Origin: the human T2T-CHM13v2.0 reference genome, Homo sapiens
Direction: 5' to 3' (one strand)
Assembly: GCF_009914755.1 (NCBI RefSeq)
Contig: NC_060926.1
DNA: 64,000 nucleotides
The stretch's first letter is position 1, and each line of letters opens with the position of its first letter. Made by a program: the position numbers and the translations under genes. Positions 30,480 to 50,380 of the stretch are shown in pieces. The notes under the pieces were generated by a model. That model was not told where the DNA came from. It did not search any database and saw only the letters and a list, made by a program, of their open reading frames with translations.

Positions 30480-31730
30480 TCAAATAGACAAGGAGCAGTT
30501 TGTTACCCAATACTTGGATTAAATGTCTAGCAGTCCAGTGACATGGGATATGCCAGAACATCCCCTCCAAAATAAAGGACAAATTATTGCACCTAAAGGC
30601 TCTCACAATAAATAGGAAACACAATACCTGCTAGGCCACTCTGGTTTTAAAAGTAGCATCCTTCCATGCCTGGGAATATTGTTCTGGCACAATATGCAAT
30701 GTTGTGGAATGCTTACAGCCTTGAGGGGTGCCCAAAGCAGAAACGGCATATGATGTATATCTAGGCTGTGATGCAAGCAATATTGCTACTTGGGCCATAA
30801 AACCCAAGAGGCTCTATGATATTGGAAGCATCTATAGTGGGAAAATATGCCATGTAGATTTATGGCAAGTTTCATCAGAAAATCACAACAGAGACTTCTA
30901 GGTTTTTAGAGCTAAGCTATGCCACCTGTAGCACAGGATTGCACACCATTTAATAAACAGCTTTTGACATGCTTCTGGGTCCTGGTAGAGATGGATCTTG
31001 GGTCAGACCTTATAGCCAGAATTGCCTATCATGAACAGGGTTTTGCTATAATGTCACAATGTCATCATGTTGGGCAGGTCCAAGAGCATTCCATTGTAAA
31101 ATTAAAGTAGGACATGTGTAGGGGCAGAAGCACAAGTAAACTGCATAAGCAAATGGTTAAGAGGCCCCCATGCCATCCACCACTGGGCTGGCCCCTCTCA
31201 GTCATCTCATACCTATGGCTGTGTGGGGGCTAAGAGAAGGCACTTAGGAAAAGCTAACAGAGTAAGACACAAAATAGACTAGGTATGTGGTACTAGCTGA
31301 AAATGGATGGCAGCTTCTCTGTCTGCCATCTCACCTATGACTAGACTTGAAGCACAGAGACAAGAGAAAATCTTACCAACGGGTATAATTCTAGGTAGCG
31401 AAATTGATTACTCATTTTGTATGAAAAGAGAAGTTGCTTGACCTTAGAATATATATGAAGTCATGAGCTTGTCCTGAGAGAAGAAATACTGGAAAATTTG
31501 AGAAGAAAGGGAATCTGGTGCAAAGAATCCATGGGAGTGGGTACAAAGTATGGAAAAATTTGCATTCCAAGTCAATATCCACATGAAAGCATCCACCACA
31601 ACAAAGAGTCACTTTGTTGAGATGATATCAAAGTCCAATCTTGCTTTCTTCCCTTCCCCAAAAAGTGCTGATTTTGAGACTACTCCTTAATAACCTAATC
31701 TCTATCTCAGGGGAACCCAACCTGCAACAG
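30480..31730 (+). mobile_element. Ancient ERVL internal (pol) remnant with a probable LTR 3' end
   Basis: ORF 30919 reads PFNKQLLTCFWVLVE, resembling ERVL RT/RNase H PFEKQLLACYWALVE. Ends ggaacccaacctgcaaca. Confidence 0.6.
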
Positions 31731-31774
31731 GTGCATACATGATATTAAGTAGCCATTCTTTCTTCAAGGTCTTG

Positions 31775-32176
31775 TGATATGGTTTGGATCTGTGTCCCCA
31801 CCCAAATCTCATGTCGAATTATAATCCTCAGTATTGGGGGTGTGACCTGGAGGGAGGTGAATGAATCATGGGGGTGGCTTCTCATGGTTTAACACCATCC
31901 CTCTTGGTGTTGTCGTGGCAAGAGTGAGTTAGCATGAGATCTGGTTGTTTACAAGTGTGTCACACCTCCTGCCTCTCTCTTCCTCCTGCTCTGGCCATGG
32001 AAGACATAATTGCTTCTCTTCACCTTCACTGTGATTGAAAGTTTCCTGAGCCCTCTCCAGAACCCCTCATGCTTCCTGTACAGCCTACAGAACCATGAGC
32101 CAACTGTACCTCTTTTGTTTATCAATTACCCAGTCTCAGGTATTTCTTTATAGCAGTGTAAGAACCAACTAATACA
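31775..32176 (+). mobile_element. MSTA-like MaLR solo LTR
   Basis: TGATATGGTTTGG...CTAATACA with a perfect 5-bp TSD TCTTG. Confidence 0.9.
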
Positions 32177-32315
32177 TCTTGGGAAATGCGTTACAATGAA
32201 ACCCTTTCACATTTCTGCCGAATGGAATAAACAAATATTATAATTAGTCTTATATCAGTTAGATTCAAGTTTTGCACCCAAATGAGTTTCAGAAAATGCA
32301 TGTTTGGAGTTTTTA

Positions 32316-33138
<823 letters not shown>

Positions 33139-33837
33139 TTAGCCTGTAGTTTGAGATACACAAACTAATCTAAGAAAGGAAGACTGTAAGTTACCACATT
33201 TAAAGTAAACAAGTCAGGTAATTTCACACAATAGGTCTTCATGTTTAGCCACTTACTACAGTTTGGAGTTGACAGCTTTCAGGTGAATCACTATAAGGGC
33301 TATAGTAAAGAAAAGGGGAATTCTCTAATTCAAATTTTCCTGGTACTTCTGCTCTCACCCAACCCTCGGGCTTCAACCTAAGGACTTGAATAAAAGGGAA
33401 AGCACCAAAAAAACTCCAAGAAAGCATAGTTTTGACTGTCTTTGGGAAAGGCATCCTAATTTGAAGGTAGTAGATTAGGTAGTAGTATAATGCGCTTCTA
33501 AGAAAAGGGAAAATATCATTTAGCCCCATCCTGCAATACTGCCAAGCCCTCAGTTTTGTAAGGATGGTACATGGTGACATATAGGGTGACTTTAGATAAG
33601 AGGTTATTAGATGAAAAGGACTGGTGTGAATATTGAAATATTTAAGATGCAAAATCTTTGCTGTCTTGGAGTTAGTGTGTCTGTGACTTTAAAATGCTAA
33701 TTAAGAGACATATTAAACACACATATATATACATAGAGAAGTCAAAGTACAATTTTTACTTTAATGGATATGAACGTGTTTCATAACAATGACTAGAATT
33801 GTGTTTTCAAGGCCTTTTTAAATAATCTACCCCTCTC

Positions 33838-34132
33838 GGCCTGGCGCGGTGGCTCACGCCTGTAATCCCAGCACTTTGGGAGGCCGAGGGAGGGGGATTA
33901 ACTGAGGTCAGGAGTTCAAGACAGCCTGGCCAACATGGTGAAACCCAGGCTCCACTAAAAATACAAAAATTAGCTGGGCGTGGTGGCATGTGCCTGTAAT
34001 CCCAGCGACTCAGGAGCTGAGGCAGGGGAATCGCTTGAACCCGGGAGGCGGAGGTTGCAGTGAGCCAAGATTGCGCCATTGCTCTCCAGCCTGGGTGACA
34101 GAACCAGACTCTGTCTCCAAAAAAATAAAAAA
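33838..34132 (+). mobile_element. AluS
   Basis: Full dimer; TSD aatctacccc. Confidence 0.93.
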
Positions 34133-34204
34133 TCTACCCCCCTCATCCTTATATCCTATCTCTTCGATTGTTATAATGGCTCTGGAAAGAAAGGAGGGAA
34201 GATA

Positions 34205-34545
<341 letters not shown>

Positions 34546-34635
34546 TAGAGAACAAAAGGTGTTATTTAAAAATCACATGACTAATAAGGGAACGAAGCCA
34601 CGATCCATAGCCACTCTAATCCCATGTCCCTTACA

Positions 34636-37583
<2,948 letters not shown>

Positions 37584-37910
37584 TACTTCCTACTGTATCA
37601 CATACACAAAGTGAAGTAAGTCACATTATATGTATAGCACAGACTATAAATAATTCTTTTAAATGAGTATATGGGCATATATAGTGATTTTTTTCAGCCT
37701 TTCCAATAGGAAATGTCCCATTGGTTACTCAAAGCAAAAAAAAAAAAAAAAAAAAAATAGAGTCAAGTAAATATCAATATATTATCCTGAATACCTGATG
37801 AAAGTTAAGTCGGTCCTTTTGAATCCTCAGGATGTTATCAATTTGTTTAAGATCCTTTAACATACCCTTTATATATATACATGTTTTATTTAAGGTTAAT
37901 TTGCTATTAA

Positions 37911-37942
<32 letters not shown>

Positions 37943-38113
37943 TTTGTTTAAGGTTAACTTGATATTAAAAATATAATGCTAAGTATTCTAGTTATAAATA
38001 AGGAATCAGAAATAATTTTAGGTAAAAATCCATTGTTATTAGAAGCAGATCCTATTCATTACACAGCTTGCTGCCACTTAACTAATTACTTTTTTGGAGA
38101 AACAGTATGATAG

Positions 38114-38467
<354 letters not shown>

Positions 38468-38679
38468 TAACCTCAAACATGTCATCCTTTTGCTATGAAA
38501 CTTTACACAAATCACTTTAAAGTTTTGGTTTAGTTTCTTTATTTATAAAATGGGGGCAATAGTATCTATACCCAAAGTACTTATAATATTCTTACAAGTT
38601 TCACATTAAAATAAACTTACATAAAATTCTTTTGATTTCAAATAATGACCTAATTAATTTGGTTATTCTTATTCTGTTA

Positions 38680-38853
<174 letters not shown>

Positions 38854-41358
38854 TTACAAATAAACTCATAATACTTGTTAATGAAACGCTGCCAAAACAG
38901 GAGAAGTTTTTTTCTATAATAATTCCACAAATATTACAAAATTTGATAATTTAAGAGTCATGTGTGTTTCCAAAATTTCATAAAACTCTTTTTTCCAGTA
39001 TCAGTAAATAGGAAAATTTATGGCTACTGATGCTCAAAGTGCTTAGCCTGTATCCAGTAATTTCTAAACTGAGAATTGGTTTAAAGTTAGCTAATAGTGA
39101 AAAATTATTTGAGTTCACACTTATTCAAAGCATTTATATTTAGTCTTAAAGTATAGCACTGACAACCAAATCCCTAATTCTACAGGCTAGATGTCCACTT
39201 GAGCTGGTATTTTAAAGAGTTCCATATCCCAAATGACATGTAAAGTACAATTATCACCACTGTCCTGTAAGAAAACATTGTGATGGTGATTTATATCGGA
39301 CTTAAAGAAAAGGCTCTGGCTGGTGACTAGCCAAATACAAATACAGTGCATGTAATGCCAAAATGTAAAGAGGTAATTAGCTACAGTTGGCCTGTAATTA
39401 AATAATATGATGTCATTTCTAGTATGGCTTTTTTCCTAATGCCACTCCATTCAGTAAAAGCTACCATGTAGAAGACAGTTCATTTCTGCTGACTCGTATA
39501 TTTATATTCATAACTCAATTTATTAATATTTTCAAATTCATTTGGGAAGAATTAAAAACCATTTTATTACCTGAGAGGTAGGTACTTGATATAAAAACAG
39601 AATATATGTGTAAGTACATATAAACATGTGATTAACAAAAATGTGGATGAGCTAATTCTTTCAATTAAGAAATTAAGCCATTTTAGGAATGATTTGGGCC
39701 TTGGAAAGCAAGCTAATACGAACTCAAGCTATGATTTACATTTAATCATAAATAGTACATATGGTTATTAATAAGCATTAATTTATTCTGTTTCCTCAAA
39801 ACATTGCTTCATCAATTGTTGTTTTAGCAAGCACTTTATCATAAACATGACAATTCCCTGATGATGGTCTACTAGATGCATAATCAGAACAAGACTTACT
39901 GATGACACATTATTCACTAAGATGACACATTCTAGGAAGAATCTATTAAGAACCAATCTAGAAAACTCAGTAAGTTTTAATTTATGGTTATAAAATTTCA
40001 TGTGTCCTTATAATTGCTTTACTAACATATTTTATGCAATGCTGTACACAGATTGCTCAGGAACAAAGGAACATAAGTCAGAGGAATAAAACAAATTTAG
40101 CTTTGCGACAGCATACAAAACAATGTAACTTACACCAAGGCCTTAGTCTGGCATTCTTGAACATTCTGTACCAAAAGCCAAAGTGGAATCATTGGACCGT
40201 TCCATAAAAGTAATGAAATGATAATTTGAAGCTCACTCAGCACTGTGCTTATCATGATAATGGAACCATGACAAAAACTGCATGCAAAACTTCTAAGAGT
40301 TTTTGCTATTGCTGTTTATTGTTGTTATTGTTTTGGAATTGTTAATGAAACACCTGCAGTGTTCAATGTCTTCAGAATCAAGCTTCCATCCTACGTCTGA
40401 TGAAAGACAGAGGAAGGTTCTCAGTTCAAGACCTACTGAGTATCTTCTTTAAATTTTTAACATTTTTATTTCCTTTTCTTCTTCCTCCCTATCCATTTCT
40501 GCAATACATATTTTTGTTTCACTATAGAATGAGTATAGAAGATTATATTCCTTATGATATTAAGAAAACTAAGAAATTACTGTCTATATCATAAGAGCTT
40601 TAATATATGGTTTGCTCATTGCTGGAATTAAGTGTCTTTCTTTTTTTTTTTTTAAAAAAAGCTCAATTCTACTACATATGTTTGCTGGATATTTGAGAGA
40701 AAAAAATTTCTGTGTTCATTTTCAACTATATAAACATTTGTGTATTTTTACGATTTTTAGCTTTAAAATTAAGCTGGTGTTCTCGGTATATGAAATTGAG
40801 TTAAATACAACTCAAAATTGCTGACATGTATGCCAAAGACAAAGAGTACTGTGTCAGGAATATGATATCAAAATATAATTAAAAACTGTCCCTAACAAAC
40901 TATTTATAAATCTTAAACTTTTAAAATAATATTACCTTTAAAATATAAACTAGAAAATACTGAAACTCATAAGTATATCTTCTATAATCTTGAAATTTAT
41001 ATTCAAGAAATAAAATGCAATTGCTCCCACTTGCAGAACTCAGTGATGCAACCACATAAACAGGTAATCACCGCATTACTGGAAAGGATGTTATTAGATT
41101 ATAAAAAGATATCTCAATATGTTCTCCAATGAACCTCATTTGTAACATAAATTATATCAGAAATATACAATTCATTTAATAGAACAATTCTAGTTAATCA
41201 GTAGACAACCTAGTGAGGGAATGACTTTGAGGAGGGCAGAGCATTTTTCTTAATCCTAAAGTGGCTAAAGTTGATCTGATTGTAATAAGACAAAGATTCA
41301 GTATGCCTGAATCAAATAGGGAAGGAAAGGAGAGCAGGATAATAAAAGAGAGAAATCA

Positions 41359-41583
<225 letters not shown>

Positions 41584-41756
41584 TCAATTCAGCAAACATT
41601 TAATGAATGAGGTTTACAACTAGATCAAAATTTTTATACAAAAATCTCCAAAATTAATTTATAATTATTTCATTTTTATATTCTTTCTTGTTTCAGCAAA
41701 TAATTACAATGCCTTATGACGATCATACAACTTAACAAGAAAGAATCCAATTTGAA

Positions 41757-41930
41757 GTCAGGCACAGTGGAGTGTGCCCGTAATCCCAACTACTTGGGAG
41801 ACTGAGACAGGAGGATTGCTTGAGGACAGTAGTTCAAAGATGCAGTGGGCTACGACTGCACTTGTGAATAGTCACTGCACTCCAGCTTGGGCAGCATAGT
41901 GGGACTCTGTCTCTAAAATTAAAAACAAAG
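41757..41930 (+). mobile_element. FAM (fossil Alu monomer, 7SL-derived)
   Basis: Single monomer retaining the 7SL-like tgtgaatagtcactgcactccagc segment that dimeric Alus lack. Confidence 0.8.
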
Positions 41931-42107
41931 GAAAATTGAGATAACTAAATGAGACATTTGGCAGGCTAGGAAAGGTGAAGTCAATTCACACAATGTGCAT
42001 AGTAAGGTCCTAGTAGAAGGTGTCCCCAGAAATGGGTCTAAGACTTTTAGTAGTCAATGCAGAAAAGGGACACATAAATGTTAAGTTAATTCACATAATA
42101 TTTTACA

Positions 42108-42179
42108 CGAGGAAAGAAAGGAAGGAAGGAAGGAAGGGGAGGGAAAGGAGGAAGGAAAGAAAAAAGGAAGGAAAGAAAG
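42108..42179. repeat. (GGAA)n-like purine tract
   Basis: Direct reading. Confidence 0.9.
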
Positions 42180-42589
42180 CCATTAATAGTAAACACAACA
42201 AAAATCATCATTGGTCTTTTCTTATAACATGCTTCAATCCAAGCTGACAGCATCATATCGAGGTATACTTTAGTAAAAGCAATACGAAAGGCTATCCATC
42301 AACATTATAGCAATAAGAGACACAATTCTGCTTATCTCACTTATTCCAAAAATATTTTTAGGGTATTTAAGGTATGAATTTTACAGGATATGTATAGTAT
42401 ATCACTTCCTGGTTTCTGTATTTCCACTTCAGCCTTGTTTCTTCCTATATTTTCAAACAGATCTTCTAAGCTTTCTTTGTTCCTACCTTATCAAGACTCT
42501 GCCTCATAAACATTAGCATTCCCCAGACCTGTTCTTGACAATTTTGGGGGGACTATGGGCTCATTCCTGGATAAAAGTCATTCATCTTC

Positions 42590-43760
42590 TACTTAGCATA
42601 CTGTCTACCAGTAAATGACTTTCAGATCTAGAATTGAGTTCTCTGTGGAGCTACAGCATGCATTTCTAGCTGTCTACAGAAGTCCCCATTTTGATATGCA
42701 AGGTGTACAAAACAGAACATAACTCTTCTTCCCACACCCACTACTGAGTGTATTTCTTTTCTAAGTTCCCTTATCTCAATTAATGGAAGCACCATATATC
42801 CAGTAGCTTGCTAGTAATTTGCAATGTATTTTCTGTCTCCTATCCTCTTATCATCACTTCTCCTACCTAATAAAATTGCCAAGTATTAGCAATAGTTTTC
42901 TAAATATTCCTCAGTACTTTCCCTCCTCTCTATTCTAACTTTATTCAAAAGCCTATCTCTAAATGATTACATAGTGTTCTAAAAGTTTTCTCAGATCCCA
43001 TCTTTTCCTTCCAGTTAATCCTCCACAATGCCCTAAAAGTAATGGCTTGAACCTGTAAGCCAACGCCTATAAATCAGTGTTGATTCACAGTATGAAACTT
43101 ATGACCATCCCCGTACTAAAGGATTAAACCTTAAGCAAGGGACAAAAGCCCTCCATAAGTTGACCACCATCTCTGCCCTTCCAGGAATCACATTACTCTG
43201 TTTCTCACGTCCAGCCAGATAGAAACACTACTTGCAATTAAGTTGTGATTCTCATTGCTTCTTCACAAGGCATTTCTCCATGTTAAAAATCCTTCCTAGC
43301 TTCTCAGCCTAGGAAATACTTGCTCTGAAACCTTTCCAGACACAGCTCCAAGCTGAGTTATTTTCTCACTATTGCTTCTGAACAAGCAAGAAGATAAAGT
43401 TAATGCAGCAGTCTATGTAGTCTGAAGATCTAGGCTCAAATCCAAAATATATCCACGTTATATGGGCAAGTTATTTAACCATTCTGTATTTTACTTCACC
43501 ATTTTTAAGATGGAGTTAGTACCCACCTAATAGGATTGAAGATAAATATACAGGTATAAAGTGCTTTACATGGTCCCTATTAACAGTGCTCATCAACTTA
43601 GATATTTCTATGGCACTTATACATTTGTATTTTTTTCAAGTTTGCTTCTACCTCACCCCAACTAACCTATGGGTTTATTGAAGTTTATTGTCTTACTTAA
43701 GTTTTAATTTTCAGTGATAAACACAGGGTTTGGTACTTAATACACAATATAAGGCAGTAT
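42590..43760 (+). mobile_element. L2 remnants with an embedded MIR (about 43390-43600)
   Basis: L2-like ttcccttatctcaattaatggaagcacc; MIR-like gggcaagttatttaacc. Confidence 0.55.
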
Positions 43761-46700
43761 TCCCTTCAAGTAAATAGGTAAATCATATATTGCCAACTCA
43801 ATGGCAGTATCTCCTCAGGGCTTAATATATTTATCAGAGAGATAAAAAGGTGTATAGAGTTAAAGAGATAGGTCACTAAGAAATATAAAGAGACAAATAT
43901 TAAAATACTAGGATTTAAATGCTCCTTAAATTCTGCTGTTGATTAGTTCATGATTTCATATTTTTAATTGGATCCTTTTCCATTGAACATGATGATGATA
44001 TTCATAAAATAATGCACAATATTGAAAGATAAAGAATATTCTTCCATTTGACATGATTAATTAATTATTCTCTATGTAGTACAACCAATACAAACATCAA
44101 ATAAAGTTTAAACTAAAATGGCACTTGGACTCACCCTCTGTCATGTTTTTTATTTTGTAAAAATAAGGTTACATGCTATTTTTTACCATAAGCTTATAGA
44201 AGATTTGGAAAATAATCAAATTTTTATATCTGGGTTTGTGAACGTATATTTTGTATTTGCAATTTTGGTTACATTAAACTTCAAAATAAATTATTTCTTC
44301 TATTAGTATCCTGGTACAAAATTCTGCATAATAAATCCCCTTGGACTGTCCCTTCACTTTCTTTAAGTCTTTGACCAAATCACACCTTTGTATTGAAGTC
44401 TGCCCCTGTTTAATACTGAATTTTTCCCAATCAACTGACTCCTTATGAACCTTCATCTTCTTTTTTCTCTCTCTTTCTTTCATCTCCCTTCCTTCCTTCC
44501 TGTATTTTGTTACAGCATCAATTACCATCTAACATATTATTATTTATTCCATTTATTTTGTTTCTAGGTGTATTACTATGTTTGTAACTGTAACTGGCAC
44601 TTACATAGTTTTATTTATATTTGATACACACATTATATATATATATATGATATGTACCCAAACAATTTGTATCCTTTCATTAACTCTTCATGTCATACAT
44701 TATGCTTATATTGATATTTCTATCTTTTAACCAAGTGGTATATTTGTTTAGATGCCCTAATTAGTAATTCATACAATATAAATGACATTTTTTAAAGGAA
44801 ACACTTTTAACAGACAGTTTTGTACAGAATAAATTCAAACACAATTCTTCTCTTCCAAATTCAATAAAGTGCTTCGATGCATCAACAGTCGCTAATTAAA
44901 ATAGCAGACATATGTTAAATAAATAAATAACTAGATTTGAAATGTGTTATCACAGGAGAGTTTATCAATTTGCTTCTATTTGACAGCTATTGCTCAGCTG
45001 GAAAACAATAGCATGGAGTCAACAATCTTATAAGTCACATCATATTTTAATCATAGACAGATATGTCTAAGTGTTACTTTTTATTTTTAACTCCATGGTG
45101 ATTTAAAGTAACTAGACAAAATGTTTCAGTTTCTCTGTATTTACTTTGGTTTTTCCTGCCAAATGAGAAAATTAATGTAGAAAATAATTACAATGATAAG
45201 ACAAGTAACCCTGAATGTAGTTTAAAATTATGTATTAAGTGTTCACGTTAAAATCATTTCTCTCATTGAGTACACTATTTAAATATGAAAATAATATTAT
45301 ACAAATATAATCCAATGTAGTACAATCTTAGATTCAATAGCAATTATTATACTGTGGAACTATTAAAATATTTTAAATTATTTAATCATTTGTGTGGAAG
45401 AAAACTTAAAATTTTTGAAAATAGCAACTTTTCCACATAGTATTCAAATATTTAATATTTTTTCAGGACACACTGATTTCTGATATTATATTCCCTTTTA
45501 GAAACATGCAGAAAAATTCCTCTAAATTATTATCCAAATGCAGATGCATTCCACAATTTTTATTTAACATGTTAAAAGGGAGTTATGGCTTTCATTTTCC
45601 AAAATCAGTCTATAATTGATTTTTTTCAAAGTAAATTACATTCAACTTTAAATATAGGGCTTTTCACCATCAACATTTTTATATCCCTTAATTCCAAACG
45701 AAAATTCAGTAAGCATGAAGCATTTGGACACATAAAAGGTAGGCAAAAAGAACAAAACAACAAGCTTAACTGCTAAACAGTAATGGGGTTAAAAAAAATA
45801 TTTCTTTATATTATTATATGAGACTTGTAACAAGAAAGAAAACATTCCCTTTGTACAATTCAAGGCTACATGCAAGACAAGTGGAAAGGCACCATAGAGT
45901 AAATTTATTTAGTAGCATTTTTTGATTAATAAGCATTATTTAATGTGAATAAACTCATCAAATTATACTCATATTTTATTACAATGGGGACACAAAACAA
46001 AAAATAATTCCTGAAATCAATGAGATAAGTCAGCCTCTATAGGAACATTAACTTATAATTGCTTTGGTTTTTATTAATTCCATCCTTGCTCAAATATTTC
46101 ATTACATTTTTTTCCTTGTATTTAGTTTCCTTTCTAAATTGCTTCACTGGGTGCATTAAAATATTTGGGTCCAATTTTCACTAGCTTTTTCATTGGCGGT
46201 ATGCACTAAATGTGATTAATATAAAATTTAAAACTGGGACGTTAAACTTCTTATATTCGGGTCAGTAAACTTGACATGGGGAATGTGAATTCATTCAAAA
46301 TATCCATGAGAATTAGACGGGTAACATTTAAGGAATCAAACAATTCATGGTAAGCCAATACTACTGAGAGAATGTCTATCAAGTCAAAAAATATTAAAAA
46401 ATCATTAAGTAGCTTAATCTTATCAGTATCTCACTAATAAGAACTATGGCTTAATTACTTCTTTCAATATAATGATAACCAATACTGTGATTAAAGTTAC
46501 TCCCTTAGGACAAATTTATTTTACTTGAAGAAGCTTGGCAATTTACTAATTAAATATTTATTGTTGCTTCCTAGCAACAATAGCAAAAAAGACAAAGAAT
46601 ATTCATAAATAATGCAAAACAGAGCACTGACATCACAGTGACAAGACAAAAGATCTCTGTTCGCCCGTTAACAATAGAAATAAGGATAAATTTAGGCAAA

Positions 46701-46816
46701 GTCTTTGTGTCTTTTTACACTCTGACACTTCCTCCTCCTCCCCCATCTCCTTCCTCTTTCCCTATCTCCTCTGTCTTCTCTCCTTCAGTGCCTTTTGATT
46801 ATCTTCATTTCCTCTA

Positions 46817-47160
46817 ACCAGTGGTTCTGAACTGGGTTGTATATTAGATCAACTAACAGTCTTTCAAACTTGAATACTGGAATTCTTCTGTAAGTAAAAC
46901 TTTTCATTCAGTTGGTATCAGTGGGGCCCAAGACTTTTTAATAAGCCCATTTCTATTAAGCTCCCAGGTAATGTCTCTACCTACTCATCTACATACCCCA
47001 TATTGAGTAGCAGAATATAGAGTAGTTTCAAAAAATACAATACCTGAGAATCACCTAGTTTCTATTAAATCAAAATCGCTGGCAATTTTCTAGAAGCTTT
47101 GGTAGTTTTAATAAGCTCCCTGGGATTCCAATATTCAGTCTAGAGTTGAGAACCTTTATT
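46817..47160. mobile_element. MER5-type hAT-Charlie remnants
   Basis: cagtggttctgaact start, aataagctccc motifs, gttgagaacc end. Confidence 0.55.
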
Positions 47161-48969
47161 CTAACCAATGGGAGAAATGGGAGAAAAAAATTTTAAGTCA
47201 TTTACACCATCTGATTGACTGACTGATTATTCCTTGTCTGAAACTTAATCACAGTGACTTCTTGCTTTAATTTCCTATTTGTGTTGTAAAGGTCCCTATC
47301 ACTAATTGGAAAATCAAACAAACAAAAATTGATGTGCAAGTAGATATAGGAAAATTTGGGAGGGAAATTACCTATATTTTCGATGGAAATATTGCCTCAC
47401 TGGTTCTGAAGGCAAACATTATGGATAAATGAAATACCAGTAGAAAACTTCCCTTCTCTCACCCAGCAGCTGTCTGAGTGAAAAGTATCTTGGGGCAATC
47501 CCCAATTGCACTGCTAAGCACATTTTAAAGCATATTTATTTTATTTTTTAAAATTTTATTTCAGTTTTTATTCAAAGACTCATACCTCTATGCTGCCTCT
47601 ATTCTATTTTTGTGTCAAAATTTTGACAAATTATGATCATAAAACATATGTTCAATAACTAGATAGTATTTGAATGGAATGTTTTTATTACACTGTTTCC
47701 AGTTACATACTTGGAGGTTTGAACTAGAAGGGAGAAATACTTGGGTTAAAGTAGAGGTGATATGGGTTGGATGTGAGGAAGAATTACTGACTATTAGAGG
47801 GATAAAAACACTGTAATGGGCTTCTTAAGTGTTTATTTGTCAGTATTTTAAAAGAAATCTCTTCTACATGCTTTAGACATCCACTTAATTAAAGATAGGA
47901 GGCTTGATGAAATGTTCTCTAGAGGTACCCTCTAGCTCTAAGATTCAAAATTTATTCCTATTAATGATGAAATTGTGACTAAAAAACTGAACACTTTGGG
48001 TTGTGTAACATGTTTTAAGAAAGCTATCATCAACAGGATACACTTAAAGTGAAACAAATAAAGCTCACAGACCATCCAAGAAGAGGCGTTACTTACAGAG
48101 CATGTGTAAAAAATCAGGTTCAATGAAACTAATGCCAAACTATACACTGTTATTCATTCTTCCAAAGGAGAATAATTGAACACATTTGTGTGTCCAGGGC
48201 CAGGTAGAAACTAAAAGCCAAGTAGAAAGACTTAAAATAAAGATGTCTGGCCCATCTCCTATATTCTGACTCAGTAAGTCTGGGGAAGGTGTCAGAAAAT
48301 TCATTTTTTTTTTTTATTTGGAGCCTTAAGATTTTTAGAAGTAGATTTTATAAGCCAATATTTCCAAACTTCTGCTCTAAGGCACTCTCTTATTTCTAAT
48401 GAAAGGTTCCCATAGATGGAAAGGCAGAGTCAGAGCTGGGTTGGTCTTAAACTAGAACGCTCTTTCCTATCTCATATTAAATCGCAGAAGAAATAAGTCA
48501 AAAATTGTTGCCTCACAGAGGAAGGCTTCATCATAAGCCTATATCCTAATTTTTACAGGAAAATAATTTTGCACTTTAAGGATTTTTCAATTCTTTTAAC
48601 CAGCCACAGTGTATTATCTAACATATTTAAAAAGGCTCTCAGAGGTCTTTTTTGAAAAAAAAAATTAGACCTAGCAAAATGGAATTATCAAAAAGTATCT
48701 GGGCTTCTAAATGACCACAATCATACACATTTTCACAATACAAAATAAAATACGACTAATTTTCTTTTATTCCTAATTCCTAATTGGTTTGGTGATAGCT
48801 ACTCTAAATAAACCGACCAGGCCATATCATGAAGTATATACCCCACATGTAAAATAACTGTTTAATCCAAAATGCAATAACCTCTGTCATTCCCCTGGAA
48901 AACATAGCAAATAGCTGTACAGTCGCTACTGAAATTGACATTCAGAGTCAGTTAATAAAAGTAGGGCCA

Positions 48970-49325
<356 letters not shown>

Positions 49326-50092
49326 TCAGGTTTGACCTGATGAATCCCTGGTGACCCACGGACTATGACATGATAATATTGTTAGTTGTGTCAAAGAGGT
49401 AAGGGATTCTGTCTAATCCATTCCTTATCACCACCTGCTTTATTCATTTATTTAATGAAGTTTTATTCAACCTATTTAATAAAGACATGATCAATGATTC
49501 ATTGAGGGACCTTAAAGCTGATTATAAACTACACACTTGGTCACCAGGGAAATTCTCCCTTCTTAATAGGCTATTAGCATCTCCACAGTTTGTGAGTGAA
49601 GATTCAAAAAATAATATTGCCTTGTTACGTTAACTATAAAAATATTCTTGAGAGTGAGTAAGAGTTATTTTGCATATTCCTCACAGGCCTGTAGATATTG
49701 ATTTCAAGGCAATAAAGGAAGAGTATGAATCTGCGTAAGAATACCATAGTATTTTTAAGAATATTTTTAAAAATTAGAATTGAGGTCTGCACCTTAAAAT
49801 CTGCCTATAAATGATAGGCTGCAGATAAAGTAGTAAAAAAAAGTCATAATTATATCATAGATCTTTCATAAACCAAGAAATATGGAAAATTTGGTATTCA
49901 AATTTTTTAAATCACTGTGCATTATAACAGACATCTCCACATCTAACCTGATAGAAAAACAAACAAAAACCAAAAAAAAAAAATTTACTTTCTTTCTTTT
50001 GCTTATTCTAGTTCCCTATCCAAAATATTAGTAGAAGAAAACAAATATAATCTCTCTCTCACTCAATTTTGCAATAAAAATACCCACAGAAG

Positions 50093-50380
50093 GGCCAGGA
50101 GTGGTGGCTCACACCTATACACCTAGCATTTGGGAGGCAGAGGCAGGCGGATCACTTGAGGCCAGGAGTTCAAGACCAGCCTGGCCAACATGAAGAAACC
50201 CTGTCTCTACTAAAAATACAAAAATTAGCCAGGCAGAGGAAGGAGAATCATTTGAACCCGGGAGACTGAGGTTGCAGCGAGCTGAGATCATGCCACTGTC
50301 CTCCAGCCTGGGCCATGCAGCAGAAAATATTTAAAAAATTTTGAAAAAATAATAAATATTTAAAAATTTTGTCTCAAAAA
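50093..50380 (+). mobile_element. Rearranged AluS with an internal deletion and an AT-rich insertion
   Basis: Right arm jumps from ttagccaggc to agaggaaggagaatc; AT-rich insert precedes gtctcaaaaa. Confidence 0.85.

Noticed and set aside
33245-33652. 135-aa minus-strand ORF in non-Alu sequence; also 53514-53900
   Set aside because: Non-ATG start, no recognisable domain and no exon-like boundaries; compatible with chance.
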